A DNA stretch of 64,000 bases from an uncultured Planctomycetota bacterium (GTDB taxonomy: Bacteria > Planctomycetota > JAJSAM01 > JAKLKS01), in contig CAYJMF010000001.1 of assembly GCA_964370855.1 (NCBI GenBank), forward strand, positions 133,167-197,166, in the 5' to 3' direction. The translations under genes and the position numbers were made by a program. The notes beneath the pieces are model-generated. The model was not told where the DNA came from and did not search any database. It saw only the letters and a list, made by a program, of their open reading frames with translations. Below, piece by piece: positions 18,007 through 27,469 of the stretch (positions within the stretch are counted from its first letter, which is position 1; every line of letters begins with the position of its first letter).

Positions 18007-18023
18007 GTATCAGATTATGATAC
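18007..18023. repeat. GTATC-N7-GATAC palindrome, copy c
   Basis: GTATC agattat GATAC (extended arms aGTATCA/TGATACt). It lies in the convergent gap between paralogs 14322..17957(+) and 18117..21938(-). Coordinates were checked against the C-terminal codons of ORF 18010..18411(-). Confidence 0.6.
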
Positions 18024-18116
18024 TTTCGCCCTCCCCCTCCAGGACGCGGGACGGGACGGGGGAGTGGTCGGGAGGGCGGGGATCGGCGGGAACTGCGGGG
18101 AGGAGCGGGAGCCGCG

Positions 18117-21100
18117 TCACCTCGACCTGAGGACGACCCGCAGATCGCTGGACGGCACATCGAAGGTGCCGAGTTCCGTGGAATCCCGGCCCCCGCCGGT
18201 ACTGAGTTCCACCTTGCCCCGCGCGAGCCCCTTCACCAGGAAGGTGCCGTCCCCCGCAGTCTCCGTGAAGCCGTAGTTGCGCGGTCGATCTCCCTGGACC
18301 GCCATGAGGCGGACCGACCGCAGGGGCCTCCCCTCCCCGTCCACGAGGACGCCGGAGATCGTGAAGCAGGGATCCAGGACGATCTCGACGTCGGAGTCCC
18401 CGGGCCTGCACGTGCCCGCGGCCGCCTTCGGGGCGAAGTCCGACCCGTCGCCGCCGGCGACGACCTGGAATTCGGTCCCGACGAGGCCGGTGATCCGGAA
18501 GCCGCCGTCCTTCCCGGACTTCGCCTCCGACGATTCCGGACTCCCCTTCGCCCGCGCCTCGACGGGGACCCCCTCCGGGGCCGGCCGCCCGTCGGCGAGG
18601 AGGAGCCGTCCGGAGATCGCCGCCCCCCGGGAGACCAGGATGACGAGGTCCCTGGTCCCCGGCGCGACCCCCCTCGCGTGGCCCGGGGTCGTGCCGGCGA
18701 AGTTGTCCGCCTCGAGGTCGTAGGTCCGGCCGGGAGGAAGCGCCGAGGTGGCGAAGACCCCGCTCCTCCCGTCCACGAGGCAGAACTCGCGCTTGAAGGA
18801 CCCGGTCTCCTGCCCCTCCGAGCAGGTGACCACCACCGACCCGGAGTCCCCCGGCGGGTTCCCGGATTCGTCAAGGACCCGCCCCGAGATGGTGAGCCCT
18901 TGCTCGATGCGGATCACCAGGCCGCTCGTCCCCGCCTCCACGGAGGGGATCTCGACGGCGACGTAGGGACTGGCCGTGCCCATGCCGGGAAGGGGGAGAC
19001 GGCCCTCCGGACCGACCTTCACCACGTACCTGCCGGCGGGAAGTCCCCGCACCTCGAAGGTCCCGTCCTCCTCCGTCCGCGCCTCCACTTCCTTCCCGTA
19101 CACGCGGTCCCCCTCCTCGTCCAGGGGATTGACGGAAACCTCGAATCGTCCGCGGACGGGTCCCCCGTCCGCGAACACGACCCGGCCGGCGATCCGGAGC
19201 CCCTGCTCCAGGACGAGGCGGAGGTCCTCCGTTCCCGCCTTGACCCCGCGAACCACCAGAGGGGAGTGCTGCTCCTGGCCCGCCCCTCTGTCCACGGAAA
19301 CGGAGTAGACGCCCTCCGCCAGGCCGTCCGCGGAGAACCGCCCCTCGGCGTCGGTCCGCGCCTTCGCCAGCGGCACTTCACCGCGAAGGCGGGCAAGGGC
19401 ACCCTCCCCCGCGGGATCGGCCACGATGACGACGATGCCGGGCATCGCCCGTCCCGTGGCTCCGTCCACGACGCGGCCGGCGATGCGGAGACCCGGGACC
19501 AGGGAGATGACCATGTCCATCGTTCCGGTCCTCACGGTCCTCACCGCCTCGGACCATCCGGCGCACCGGACGATGATCCCGACGCTGCCCTCCGCAAGGT
19601 CCCGCAGGGCGAAGCGCCCGTCGGGGCCGGTCACCTGCCGCACCACATCGTCCTCCCCGAGGCAGGGCGGGTTCCCCGCGAGGAGGATCGACGCCCCCGC
19701 CACGGGAGCCCCTCCCGCCTCGACCACCGTTCCGGAGAGCCGGCGGCCGGGGCCGAGGAGGATCTCCAGCCCGTGGACATCGCTCCCCTCCTCCACCCTG
19801 AGGCCCGGGAGGACGGCCGGAGCGCATCCCCCGGCGAAGGCCACGATTCCGTACTCTCCGGGTTCGACCTGCTCGAACCGGAAGGAGCCGTCCCGGTCCG
19901 GCACGCAGGTCCTGTCGAACAGGGAGCCCGTCGGGCCCCGCGCTCCCGTCCCCGCGGACAGGGCCCCCTTGGCGAGGAGGAGACGGGGATCGAGGAGAGG
20001 CGTCCCCTCCCGGCTCCGCAGGATCCCGGAGACCGCGTGGACCGGTCGGACCTCCACGGAGATCCCCGTCGCGGTCCCGCCGGGGGCGAGGTCGAAGCGA
20101 GCCGAGTCCCCCCGCGCGCCGGGGCCCCGGGCCCTGACCACGAGGGAAGCCCCCGCTGGGACCCCCTCGATCCGGAAACGACCCTCTTCGTCCGTGGGGG
20201 AGCCCTGCACCAAGAGGGATTCCCCGGACCTGCCCGCGATCTCGACCAGGAGCCCCTTCGCGGGACCTCCGGCATCGTCCCGTACGACCCCTTCCACGAC
20301 GCCCCCCGGGGAGAGGACGAAGTCCCCACGCGCCTCCTCCCCCTCGGCCACCTCCACCGGGGAGGTGGCGGAGACTCCCTTCGGAATCAGGAAGTTCCTG
20401 GCGCCTCGCGGGGCGGATTCGGTGTCCGTGAATCCCGGTGCGAGGACGGCGAGCGTGCCCTTCCCCGGCACGCAGTGCTCGAGGTGGTAGGCGCCGTCCG
20501 CTTCCGCCCGGGTGGACCGGCTGGCATGGAACGCCAGGAAGGACGGACCTCCCGGAACCAATTCGGGTTGATGGAGCACGAGGGCGCCGGCCAGCGGCCG
20601 CCCCTCGGCGTCCTTCACCGTCCCCCGGACGGCCCCCCCCCGGACGAGGCGCACCTCGCGCTCGACGACGTCACCGGGCATCAGGAACCTGTGCTCCTCC
20701 TTGCCGGGGAATTCGGCGGGAACGAAGCCCGCGCCGCGGATGAGGACGGACAGGTGGTAGGTCCAGTGGAGCTCGGCCAGAGTGAACCGTCCGTCGGATC
20801 CCGAAACGGCGGTCGCCGTCGTCGACTCCGGACGCCCGCCCCACCCGCTCGCGCGGGCGCGCACCCGCGCGCCGGCGACGGGGGCGCCTCCCCGGTCCTC
20901 CACCACGCTCCCCCGCAGGGTGATCCCGGGCTCGAGGGTGATGTCGATGCGTGCGACGTCCGGGATCAGGACCCTCGCCGCGGTCGTGACGGACCTCGAT
21001 TGGAGGCGGACGGAGACGTCGTGGGCTCCCTCGCCGATCCCGTCCAGGCGGAAAATCCCGTCGGGTCCGGTGATCGTCCCCGTCCAGCCGCGGAATCCCG

Positions 21101-21938
21101 AGACCCCCTTCCCTGCGGCACCGGCCAAGACCTCTGCCCCCGCGACCGGGGTTCCGTCCCGCCGGCGCACCGTGCCCGCGAGGGAGTGGGACGGGGTGAG
21201 GTGGATTCGCAGGGGAGCGAGGGACTCCCCGTCCCGGAAGAAGAGCTGCACCTCCTCCGTGGCGAGGCCCCCGCCCGCCGCACGCACCCTCCACCACCCC
21301 GGCGCCGTTCCGGTGAGGAGGGCGCGTCCCGCGCCGTCCGTCGTCCAGGAACCGTCGGGGAGTGGGGTCCGTTCCGTTCCGGAGATCCACCCCTCGTCAT
21401 CGCCCATGGGCGGCCGCCGGAGGGTGACGACGACCCCCGCCGCGGGCTCCATCGCCCCCCTCGTGACGAGGACCTCCAGGGTGGTGCCCGCTCCCATGGG
21501 GAGATCCCCGAGTTCGAGGACGCCTCCCATGGGGATGACCAGGCCCGGGTGCCGGAACGGGACGAGGCCCGGGGAGGACGCCTCCAGGGTGAAGGGCTCG
21601 AGCAGGGGAAGCCCATCGATGCGGAAGACCCCGCGCTCCCCGGTGGCGACGGCGACGGGCGCGCGACCGGCGAAGGTGACCGCGACCTCGCCCGCGACCG
21701 CGTTCGTCGGGGCGCCGCGCACGAGGCGGCCCGTGACGATGCCGGTCCCGCGGAGCGGAGCGGGGCGCGACTCCACCGGCGGCGGCGCGGGGACCAAGGG
21801 CACCGCGGCGGGAGGAGGCGGCGCCGCCCCGTCGGGGCGGACGTCGGGAGCGGGTCCGCGGTCGAGGAGCCAGGCGGCCCCTCCCGCGAGGACGACGGCG
21901 GCGACGATACCGATGGCGACGAACCGGGAACGGGCCAT
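18117..21938 (-). CDS. Membrane-anchored CarboxypepD_reg-like repeat protein (paralog family)
   Basis: ATG 21938. TM helix MARSRFVAIGIVAAVVLAGGAAWLL, Pro-rich linker, then repeats. The N-terminal ~200 aa align by eye with those of 9614..13159 and 36164..39862. It ends '..LGTFDVPSSDLRVVLRSR'. Confidence 0.85.
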   Translation of the reverse strand: MARSRFVAIGIVAAVVLAGGAAWLLDRGPAPDVRPDGAAPPPPAAVPLVPAPPPVESRPAPLRGTGIVTGRLVRGAPTNAVAGEVAVTFAGRAPVAVATGERGVFRIDGLPLLEPFTLEASSPGLVPFRHPGLVIPMGGVLELGDLPMGAGTTLEVLVTRGAMEPAAGVVVTLRRPPMGDDEGWISGTERTPLPDGSWTTDGAGRALLTGTAPGWWRVRAAGGGLATEEVQLFFRDGESLAPLRIHLTPSHSLAGTVRRRDGTPVAGAEVLAGAAGKGVSGFRGWTGTITGPDGIFRLDGIGEGAHDVSVRLQSRSVTTAARVLIPDVARIDITLEPGITLRGSVVEDRGGAPVAGARVRARASGWGGRPESTTATAVSGSDGRFTLAELHWTYHLSVLIRGAGFVPAEFPGKEEHRFLMPGDVVEREVRLVRGGAVRGTVKDAEGRPLAGALVLHQPELVPGGPSFLAFHASRSTRAEADGAYHLEHCVPGKGTLAVLAPGFTDTESAPRGARNFLIPKGVSATSPVEVAEGEEARGDFVLSPGGVVEGVVRDDAGGPAKGLLVEIAGRSGESLLVQGSPTDEEGRFRIEGVPAGASLVVRARGPGARGDSARFDLAPGGTATGISVEVRPVHAVSGILRSREGTPLLDPRLLLAKGALSAGTGARGPTGSLFDRTCVPDRDGSFRFEQVEPGEYGIVAFAGGCAPAVLPGLRVEEGSDVHGLEILLGPGRRLSGTVVEAGGAPVAGASILLAGNPPCLGEDDVVRQVTGPDGRFALRDLAEGSVGIIVRCAGWSEAVRTVRTGTMDMVISLVPGLRIAGRVVDGATGRAMPGIVVIVADPAGEGALARLRGEVPLAKARTDAEGRFSADGLAEGVYSVSVDRGAGQEQHSPLVVRGVKAGTEDLRLVLEQGLRIAGRVVFADGGPVRGRFEVSVNPLDEEGDRVYGKEVEARTEEDGTFEVRGLPAGRYVVKVGPEGRLPLPGMGTASPYVAVEIPSVEAGTSGLVIRIEQGLTISGRVLDESGNPPGDSGSVVVTCSEGQETGSFKREFCLVDGRSGVFATSALPPGRTYDLEADNFAGTTPGHARGVAPGTRDLVILVSRGAAISGRLLLADGRPAPEGVPVEARAKGSPESSEAKSGKDGGFRITGLVGTEFQVVAGGDGSDFAPKAAAGTCRPGDSDVEIVLDPCFTISGVLVDGEGRPLRSVRLMAVQGDRPRNYGFTETAGDGTFLVKGLARGKVELSTGGGRDSTELGTFDVPSSDLRVVLRSR

Positions 21939-22091
21939 GGTTGCCCTCCGACGGCCATGCTAGCAGGGGCGCCCGCGCCGGATCCCCGCCGTTGCCCGTC
22001 CCGGCCCGCATGGTCACGGGGGACAACGAGCCGATCCCCCTCCCTCTTCCCCACCGGGGTACGATGCGCCGGGGAGAGCGGAGGAGAAGCC

Positions 22092-24626
22092 ATGCACGCA
22101 ACGACCCGCCTCGCGTCGGCCCTGGCCCTGCTGGTCGTCCTCCTGCCCCCCCTCCCCCCGCGGGCGCGGGCGGAGACGCCCCGCCCCCCCGGCGTCCTCG
22201 CGGGGACGGTGACGGACCCCGCCGGCCGCCCCGTCCGCGGGGCCGTCGTGGAGGCGATGCGAGGGAACTCCCTCGGGCGGTTCGAGCCCTTCCTGCGGAC
22301 GGAGACCGACGCCGGGGGGCGCTACCGCATCGCCGACATCCCCCTCGCGGTGCTCCGCTGCTGGGTGCGGGCCTCCTCCCCGGGGCTCGTCCCCGCGCGG
22401 GTCGCCGCCGACGTCGGGAGCGTCGTCCCCCTCCGCCTCCAGGCGGGCGCCCGCATCCGCGGCGTCGTCGCGACGACGGAGGGGAAGCCCGTGGCGGGCG
22501 CCCGCGTGACCGCGGCCCCGTCCAGCGGTCCCGTACTCCCGAAGGAGATCCCGGTTCCCCTCAACTCCTTCTCGATGAGGACCGGCGGGAACGTCGCCCC
22601 CACCTGCGGGACCGTCACCGACGCGAAGGGGGAGTTCCTCCTCGACCAGGCGATCCCGGGAGCCAACGAACTGTCCGTGGCGGCGCCGGGATTCGCTGCG
22701 TGGGTCGAGGTCGTCGACGCGCCGGGCACGGAGGAGACCGTCGTCGCCCCGCGCCTCTCCCCGGCGGGGAAGACCTCGGCCATCCTCGGGAAGGTCGCCT
22801 CCGGCGGCCGGCCCGTCCCCGGGGCCCGGGTGACGACCTTCGACGGGGGACGGTCCGCCGTGACCGACGCCGAGGGGCGCTACCGCCTGGAGGACTGCGA
22901 CGCGCTCCGCTCGGTCCGCGTCGTCGCCCCGGGATTCGCCGGGGGCCTGGCGCCACAGCCCGGGTTCACCGAGCACCGCGGCGACGGCACCGACTACGTG
23001 CAGGACTTCGATCTCGCCCCGGCGGCGCCGGTCCGCGGGGTCGTCCTCGACGCCGCCGGCGCACCCGTCGCGGCCGCGCGGGTGGGCTGGGAGCTGGCCG
23101 CCCTCGTGCAGGGCGCCGAGGAGGGCGTCGCGCGCACCGGCGCCGACGGGGCCTTCGTCCTCGCCGAGCCCCCCCCGGGAGCGGCGGAGGAGGTCCTCGC
23201 GGTGGTGGAGGACGGCTCCTTCGGGAAGACGCCCGTCGTCCGGGACGGGGAGGGAGCGTCCCCTCCCCTCTCGATCACGCTCTTCGCCCCCTGCATCGTC
23301 CGCGGCCGCGTCCTCGATTCCGGGGACCGCCCCGTCACCGGCGTGCAGGTCCAGTCCACCTGGGACCTCGCCGTCTTCGGGGGGGACCTGGAGGGGACGG
23401 CCCCCGCGGCCTGGACCGACAAGACGGGCGCCTACGTACTGCGGCTTCCCCCGTCCACGGAGTACGGGCTGCGGATCGTCGAGCCCGGCCGGTGGCCGCC
23501 GCTCGGGTGGTCTTCCCCCTTCGAGGCCCCCGCCGGCGGGGAGATCGCGATGGACCTCCGCGCGGGGCCCGCGGGACCCATCGAGGGGGTCGTCGTGGAC
23601 GGGGAGGGGCGCCCCCTCCCCGGCGTGGAGGTGCGCGCCTATCCCGAGAACTGGCGGGGCGGGCGCCCCATGTGGATCGACGCGAAGACCGACGAGGCGG
23701 GGCGCTTCTCCATCGCGGAGGCACAACAGGAGCCCCACCGGGTCCAGGCGGTGCGGTGGGGGGAGGGGTCCAGCGACCTGGGCTCCGATCCGGTTCCCGG
23801 GGTCCACCCGGGGAGGAAGGGGCTGAGGCTCGTCCTCCCGCCACCGGGGTCCGTAGCGGGGACGGTCCTCGGCGTGGAGAAGGACTCGTTCCGGAGGATC
23901 GCGATCTACCTCTGCCCGGGAGGGGAGAAGTACGAGGGCTCCCCCTTCGGGACCCTCGGGGGGACGATCCCCGTGCCCTGCCGGCTCGAGGGGGACCGCC
24001 TCCTCCCGGAGGAGCCCGGGGAGGGGGTCCGGCCGAAGAGGGTTCGGGCCTGGCGGGAGTCCGGGAAGGAGCCGGCCGCGGAGCCCGGCCCCCTGGATCA
24101 GACCCCCTACTCCTGGCGGGTCAGCGATGACCAGGTGGAGGTCGCCGGGGACGGGACCTTCCGGCTCGCCGAGATCCGCTGGGGCCGCTGGCGGCTGGAG
24201 GTGGACGACATCGACGCCGAACCGGCCACCCTCGAGTTCGCGGTCGAACCGGGGGAGGAGGCGAAGCCCGTGCTGCGCATCCGCCGGCGGGGACGGCTCG
24301 CGGCCCGTGTGCGGGGAGAGGACGGCGGGCCGCTCCAGGGAGCGACGGTGGTCGTCCTCGACGGGAAGGGGGCGCCGCTCCCGGTCCTGGTGGAGACCGT
24401 CGTCCTCTCGAGTTTCGGGGGAATGCACTCCGGCGCCACGCTGCGGGCGCTGTTCGAGGAGATCGTCCGCACCGGGGCGGAGGGGACCACCGAGGCGCGC
24501 CACCTCGATGCGGGCGAGTACGCCGTGCGCATCCTGAAGGAGGCTTACCGTCCCTTCGAGGCCCGGGTCCGGATCCCGGAAGGAGAGGAGGCGCCCCTCG
24601 AGGCCGTGCTGGAGAAGTCTCGATAG
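22092..24626 (+). CDS. Secreted CarboxypepD_reg-like repeat protein (paralog family)
   Basis: ATG 22092 is in frame in ORF 18678..24626 and preceded by GGAGGAG. Signal peptide MHATTRLASALALLVVLLPPLPPRARA. 'GTVTDPAGRPVRGAVVEA..' modules follow. It is divergent from 18117..21938. Confidence 0.8.
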   Translation: MHATTRLASALALLVVLLPPLPPRARAETPRPPGVLAGTVTDPAGRPVRGAVVEAMRGNSLGRFEPFLRTETDAGGRYRIADIPLAVLRCWVRASSPGLVPARVAADVGSVVPLRLQAGARIRGVVATTEGKPVAGARVTAAPSSGPVLPKEIPVPLNSFSMRTGGNVAPTCGTVTDAKGEFLLDQAIPGANELSVAAPGFAAWVEVVDAPGTEETVVAPRLSPAGKTSAILGKVASGGRPVPGARVTTFDGGRSAVTDAEGRYRLEDCDALRSVRVVAPGFAGGLAPQPGFTEHRGDGTDYVQDFDLAPAAPVRGVVLDAAGAPVAAARVGWELAALVQGAEEGVARTGADGAFVLAEPPPGAAEEVLAVVEDGSFGKTPVVRDGEGASPPLSITLFAPCIVRGRVLDSGDRPVTGVQVQSTWDLAVFGGDLEGTAPAAWTDKTGAYVLRLPPSTEYGLRIVEPGRWPPLGWSSPFEAPAGGEIAMDLRAGPAGPIEGVVVDGEGRPLPGVEVRAYPENWRGGRPMWIDAKTDEAGRFSIAEAQQEPHRVQAVRWGEGSSDLGSDPVPGVHPGRKGLRLVLPPPGSVAGTVLGVEKDSFRRIAIYLCPGGEKYEGSPFGTLGGTIPVPCRLEGDRLLPEEPGEGVRPKRVRAWRESGKEPAAEPGPLDQTPYSWRVSDDQVEVAGDGTFRLAEIRWGRWRLEVDDIDAEPATLEFAVEPGEEAKPVLRIRRRGRLAARVRGEDGGPLQGATVVVLDGKGAPLPVLVETVVLSSFGGMHSGATLRALFEEIVRTGAEGTTEARHLDAGEYAVRILKEAYRPFEARVRIPEGEEAPLEAVLEKSR

Positions 24627-24719
24627 ACGGGAGAGGCCCGACGCGCCGTGCCGCTCGAACCCCGATGAATCGGGTCGGGTTCCGTATACCCTTCCTTCCG
24701 GCAACGCGGAGACCCGGCC

Positions 24720-25067
24720 ATGAAGACACCGGCGGTGTCGGTCCTGTACTTCCTCCTCGCCTCGCTCCTCGGGGCCGCGGGGCAGTTCCTCTACAAGGCC
24801 GGCGCCGAGCGCGCCGGCGGCTCCCTCCTCTCCTACGTCCTCAACGGGAGGATCCTCGCCGGCGTCGCCTGCTACGCCGCCGTCATGGTCCTCTTCGTGG
24901 CCGCCTTCAGGAAGGGGGGCTCCCTCACCGTCCTCTACCCCGTCTACGCCACGACCTTCATCTTCGCCGCGCTCCTGGCCCTCGTCCTCCACGGCACCCC
25001 CGTCCGCCCCGCCAACGTCGCCGGGATGATCCTCCTCGTCGCGGGCATGTACCTCATGGGTCGCTGA
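24720..25067 (+). CDS. Small 4-TM DMT/EamA-like (SMR/ArnE-like) membrane protein
   Basis: 115 aa and entirely hydrophobic helices (..LYFLLASLLGAAGQFLYK.., ..LYPVYATTFIFAALLALVL.., ..VAGMILLVAGMYLM). It is the first gene of the lipid operon. Confidence 0.7.
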   Translation: MKTPAVSVLYFLLASLLGAAGQFLYKAGAERAGGSLLSYVLNGRILAGVACYAAVMVLFVAAFRKGGSLTVLYPVYATTFIFAALLALVLHGTPVRPANVAGMILLVAGMYLMGR

Positions 25068-25075
25068 GCCCCGCC

Positions 25076-25723
25076 ATGGAGCGTCGCCCCATCGCCTCCC
25101 GGGACTCGAGGATGTCGCGCGCCCTCGCCTCCCGGCTCGCGGGGAGCGGCGTCAGCCCCAACGCCATCTCCGTCGCGGGCATGATCGGCGGCCTCGCCGC
25201 CGGAGCGGCGCTCTGGTCCACGGCGGAGGCCCCGGACCACGCCCGCGCCGCCTGGATCGCCGCGGCGGTCCTCGTCCAGCTCCGCCTCGTCGCCAACATG
25301 CTCGACGGCATGGTCGCCCTGGAATCGGGGCGCGCCTCCCCCGTGGGCGAGCTCTTCAACGAGATCCCCGACCGCGTCTCCGACGCCGCCATCTTCGTCG
25401 GCCTCGGGTACGCCGCCGGCGGCAGCCCCGTCCTCGGCTGGGCCCTCGCCCTCGCGGCGGTGTTCACGGCCTACGTGCGCGCCGAGGGGAGGGTGGCCGG
25501 CGCCCCCCAGGACTACGGCGGCCCCTTCGCGAAACCGCAACGCATGTTCGCCGTGACGGTGCTCGCCCTCTGGTGCGGCCTCGCGCCGGCCGCGTGGAAC
25601 CCGGCGTGGCCCGGGGCCGCGCTCGAGGGGATCCCCGCCTGGGGGACGCTGCTCCTCCTCGCGGGGACCGCGGCGACGGCGCTGCTCCGGCTCCGGCGCA
25701 TCGCCCGGAACCTCCGCGGATGA
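25076..25723 (+). CDS. CDP-alcohol phosphatidyltransferase family protein
   Basis: ATG 25076 is in frame in ORF 24665..25723. The family motif D-x2-DG-x2-AR..G-x3-D-x3-D is present as 'ANMLDGMVALESGRASPVGELFNEIPDRVSD'. Multi-TM protein. Confidence 0.85.
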   Translation: MERRPIASRDSRMSRALASRLAGSGVSPNAISVAGMIGGLAAGAALWSTAEAPDHARAAWIAAAVLVQLRLVANMLDGMVALESGRASPVGELFNEIPDRVSDAAIFVGLGYAAGGSPVLGWALALAAVFTAYVRAEGRVAGAPQDYGGPFAKPQRMFAVTVLALWCGLAPAAWNPAWPGAALEGIPAWGTLLLLAGTAATALLRLRRIARNLRG

Positions 25724-26715
25724 TCCGGGAGCGGCTCTTCGGCTGGAGCCACGCCTTCGACCACCCGGTGGCGGTCTGGGTGGCGGCGGGCGCCGTCGCC
25801 GCCCTCCTCCTCGCCCCCCTGCTGGCCCTCCTCCTCACCGCCCTCGGGCGGATGCGGCCGGAGACCCGCAAGGACGTCCTCGCCCGCTGCCTCTCCTGGG
25901 CCCTCCTCGCGCCGCTCCTCGTCGGGCCGGTGCTCCTCGGCGCCGCGTGGACCATCGGGGGGGTGGCGCTCCTCAGCCTCCTCTGCTACCGGGAGTACGC
26001 CCGCGCGACGGGGCTCTTCCGCGAGAAGCTGGTGAGCCTCTTCGTCGTCCTCGGGATCCTCGCCGTGGACTTCGCCGTCCTCGATCACTGGTACGGCTTC
26101 TTCGTCGCCCTGTTCCCCCTCTCCGTCGCCTGCATCTGCATCGCCGCGATCCTCTCCGACCGCCCGAAGGGGTACATACAGCGCGTCGCCCTCGGGGTCC
26201 TCGGCTTCATGCTCTTCGGCTGCTGCCTCGGCCACCTCGGCTACATGGCCAACGACGCCGCCTACCGCCCCCTCGTCCTCCTGACCCTCGTCTGCGTGGA
26301 GCTGAACGACGTCTTCGCCTACTGCGCGGGGAAGCTCTTCGGCCGTCGGCGCATCGCCCCCGCCACGAGCCCGAACAAGACCCTGGGGGGCTGCATCGGC
26401 GCCCTCGTCCTGACGACGGCCCTGGTCTGCGTCATGGGCCGCGCGACCTTCGCCGGCACCGCCATGGACCGGCCCGATCGGCTGATCCTCCTCGGGATCC
26501 TCCTCAGCGTGTCGGGGCAGTTCGGGGACCTCCTCCTCTCCTCCGTCAAGCGGGACCTCGGGATGAAGGACATCGGCACCTTTCTCCCGGGGATGGGCGG
26601 GCTCCTCGACCGCTTCGACAGCCTGCTCCTCGCCGCGCCCGTCGTCTTCCACTACGTCGGCTACTTCAACGGCATCGGCCTCGACCAGCCGACGCGGATC
26701 CTCACCGGGGGCTGA
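25720..26715 (+). CDS. cdsA: Phosphatidate cytidylyltransferase (CDP-diglyceride synthase)
   Basis: ATG 25720 overlaps the upstream stop (ATGA). CdsA signature 'SPNKTLGG' plus 'SSVKRDLGMKDIGTFLPGMGGLLDRFDS'. Multi-TM protein. Confidence 0.85.
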   Translation: MIRERLFGWSHAFDHPVAVWVAAGAVAALLLAPLLALLLTALGRMRPETRKDVLARCLSWALLAPLLVGPVLLGAAWTIGGVALLSLLCYREYARATGLFREKLVSLFVVLGILAVDFAVLDHWYGFFVALFPLSVACICIAAILSDRPKGYIQRVALGVLGFMLFGCCLGHLGYMANDAAYRPLVLLTLVCVELNDVFAYCAGKLFGRRRIAPATSPNKTLGGCIGALVLTTALVCVMGRATFAGTAMDRPDRLILLGILLSVSGQFGDLLLSSVKRDLGMKDIGTFLPGMGGLLDRFDSLLLAAPVVFHYVGYFNGIGLDQPTRILTGG

Positions 26716-26717
26716 GC

Positions 26718-27446
26718 ATGGAGGAGTGGAAGCTCGAGCCGGCCCGCGACCTGGGGGTGCCGCTGGCGAAGCGGCCCCTGGATCTGCGGCGGGAGAGCGG
26801 GCTGCTGGAGAGCGGTGCCCACCTCGCCTGGTCGGCGGCGCTCCGGGTCCACTTCGCCCTGTGGCACCGGATCCGCATCGAGGGGCGCGAGCACCTCCCC
26901 GCGGAGCCCCCCTACGTCGTCGCCGCCAACCACGGGAGCCACCTCGACGCGCTGGCGCTGGCGTCGGCGCTTCCCTGGCGGATGAACGACCGCGTCTTCC
27001 CCCTCGCCGCGGGGGACGTGTTCTTCGCGGCGCCGCTTCCGGCGGGCTTCGCGGCCTTCGTGATGAACGCGCTGCCCCTCTGGCGGCGGAACTGCGGGGC
27101 CCACGCCATGGAGACGCTGCGGGCGCGCATCGTGGAGGAGCGCTGCGTCTACATCCTCTTCCCCGAGGGGACCCGGTCGCGGACCGGGGAGCCGGGCCGC
27201 TTCAAGGCCGGCATCGGGATGCTGGTCGCGGGGACCCCCGTGCCCGTCGTCCCCTGCCGCATCGAGGGCGCGTTCCGGGCCCTCCCCCCGGGCGCCGTCC
27301 TCCCCCGGCCCCGGAAGGTGGTGCTGCGGTTCGGGCCGCCGCTCTCCTTCGGGGACCTGGCCCCGGATCGCGAGGGGTGGTCCCGGGCGGCGGCGCGCGT
27401 GGAGGAGGCGGTGCTCGGGCTGGGGGCGGACATGACCCGGCGATGA
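26718..27446 (+). CDS. 1-acyl-sn-glycerol-3-phosphate acyltransferase family (PlsC-type LPLAT)
   Basis: ATG 26718, 2 nt after the cdsA stop. Motif I 'ANHGSHLDA' (HxxxxD), motif III 'FPEGTRSRTG', motif IV 'VPVVPCRIEG'. Confidence 0.85.
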   Translation: MEEWKLEPARDLGVPLAKRPLDLRRESGLLESGAHLAWSAALRVHFALWHRIRIEGREHLPAEPPYVVAANHGSHLDALALASALPWRMNDRVFPLAAGDVFFAAPLPAGFAAFVMNALPLWRRNCGAHAMETLRARIVEERCVYILFPEGTRSRTGEPGRFKAGIGMLVAGTPVPVVPCRIEGAFRALPPGAVLPRPRKVVLRFGPPLSFGDLAPDREGWSRAAARVEEAVLGLGADMTRR

Positions 27447-27469
27447 CGGGAGACGGGCAGAAGGGAGCC

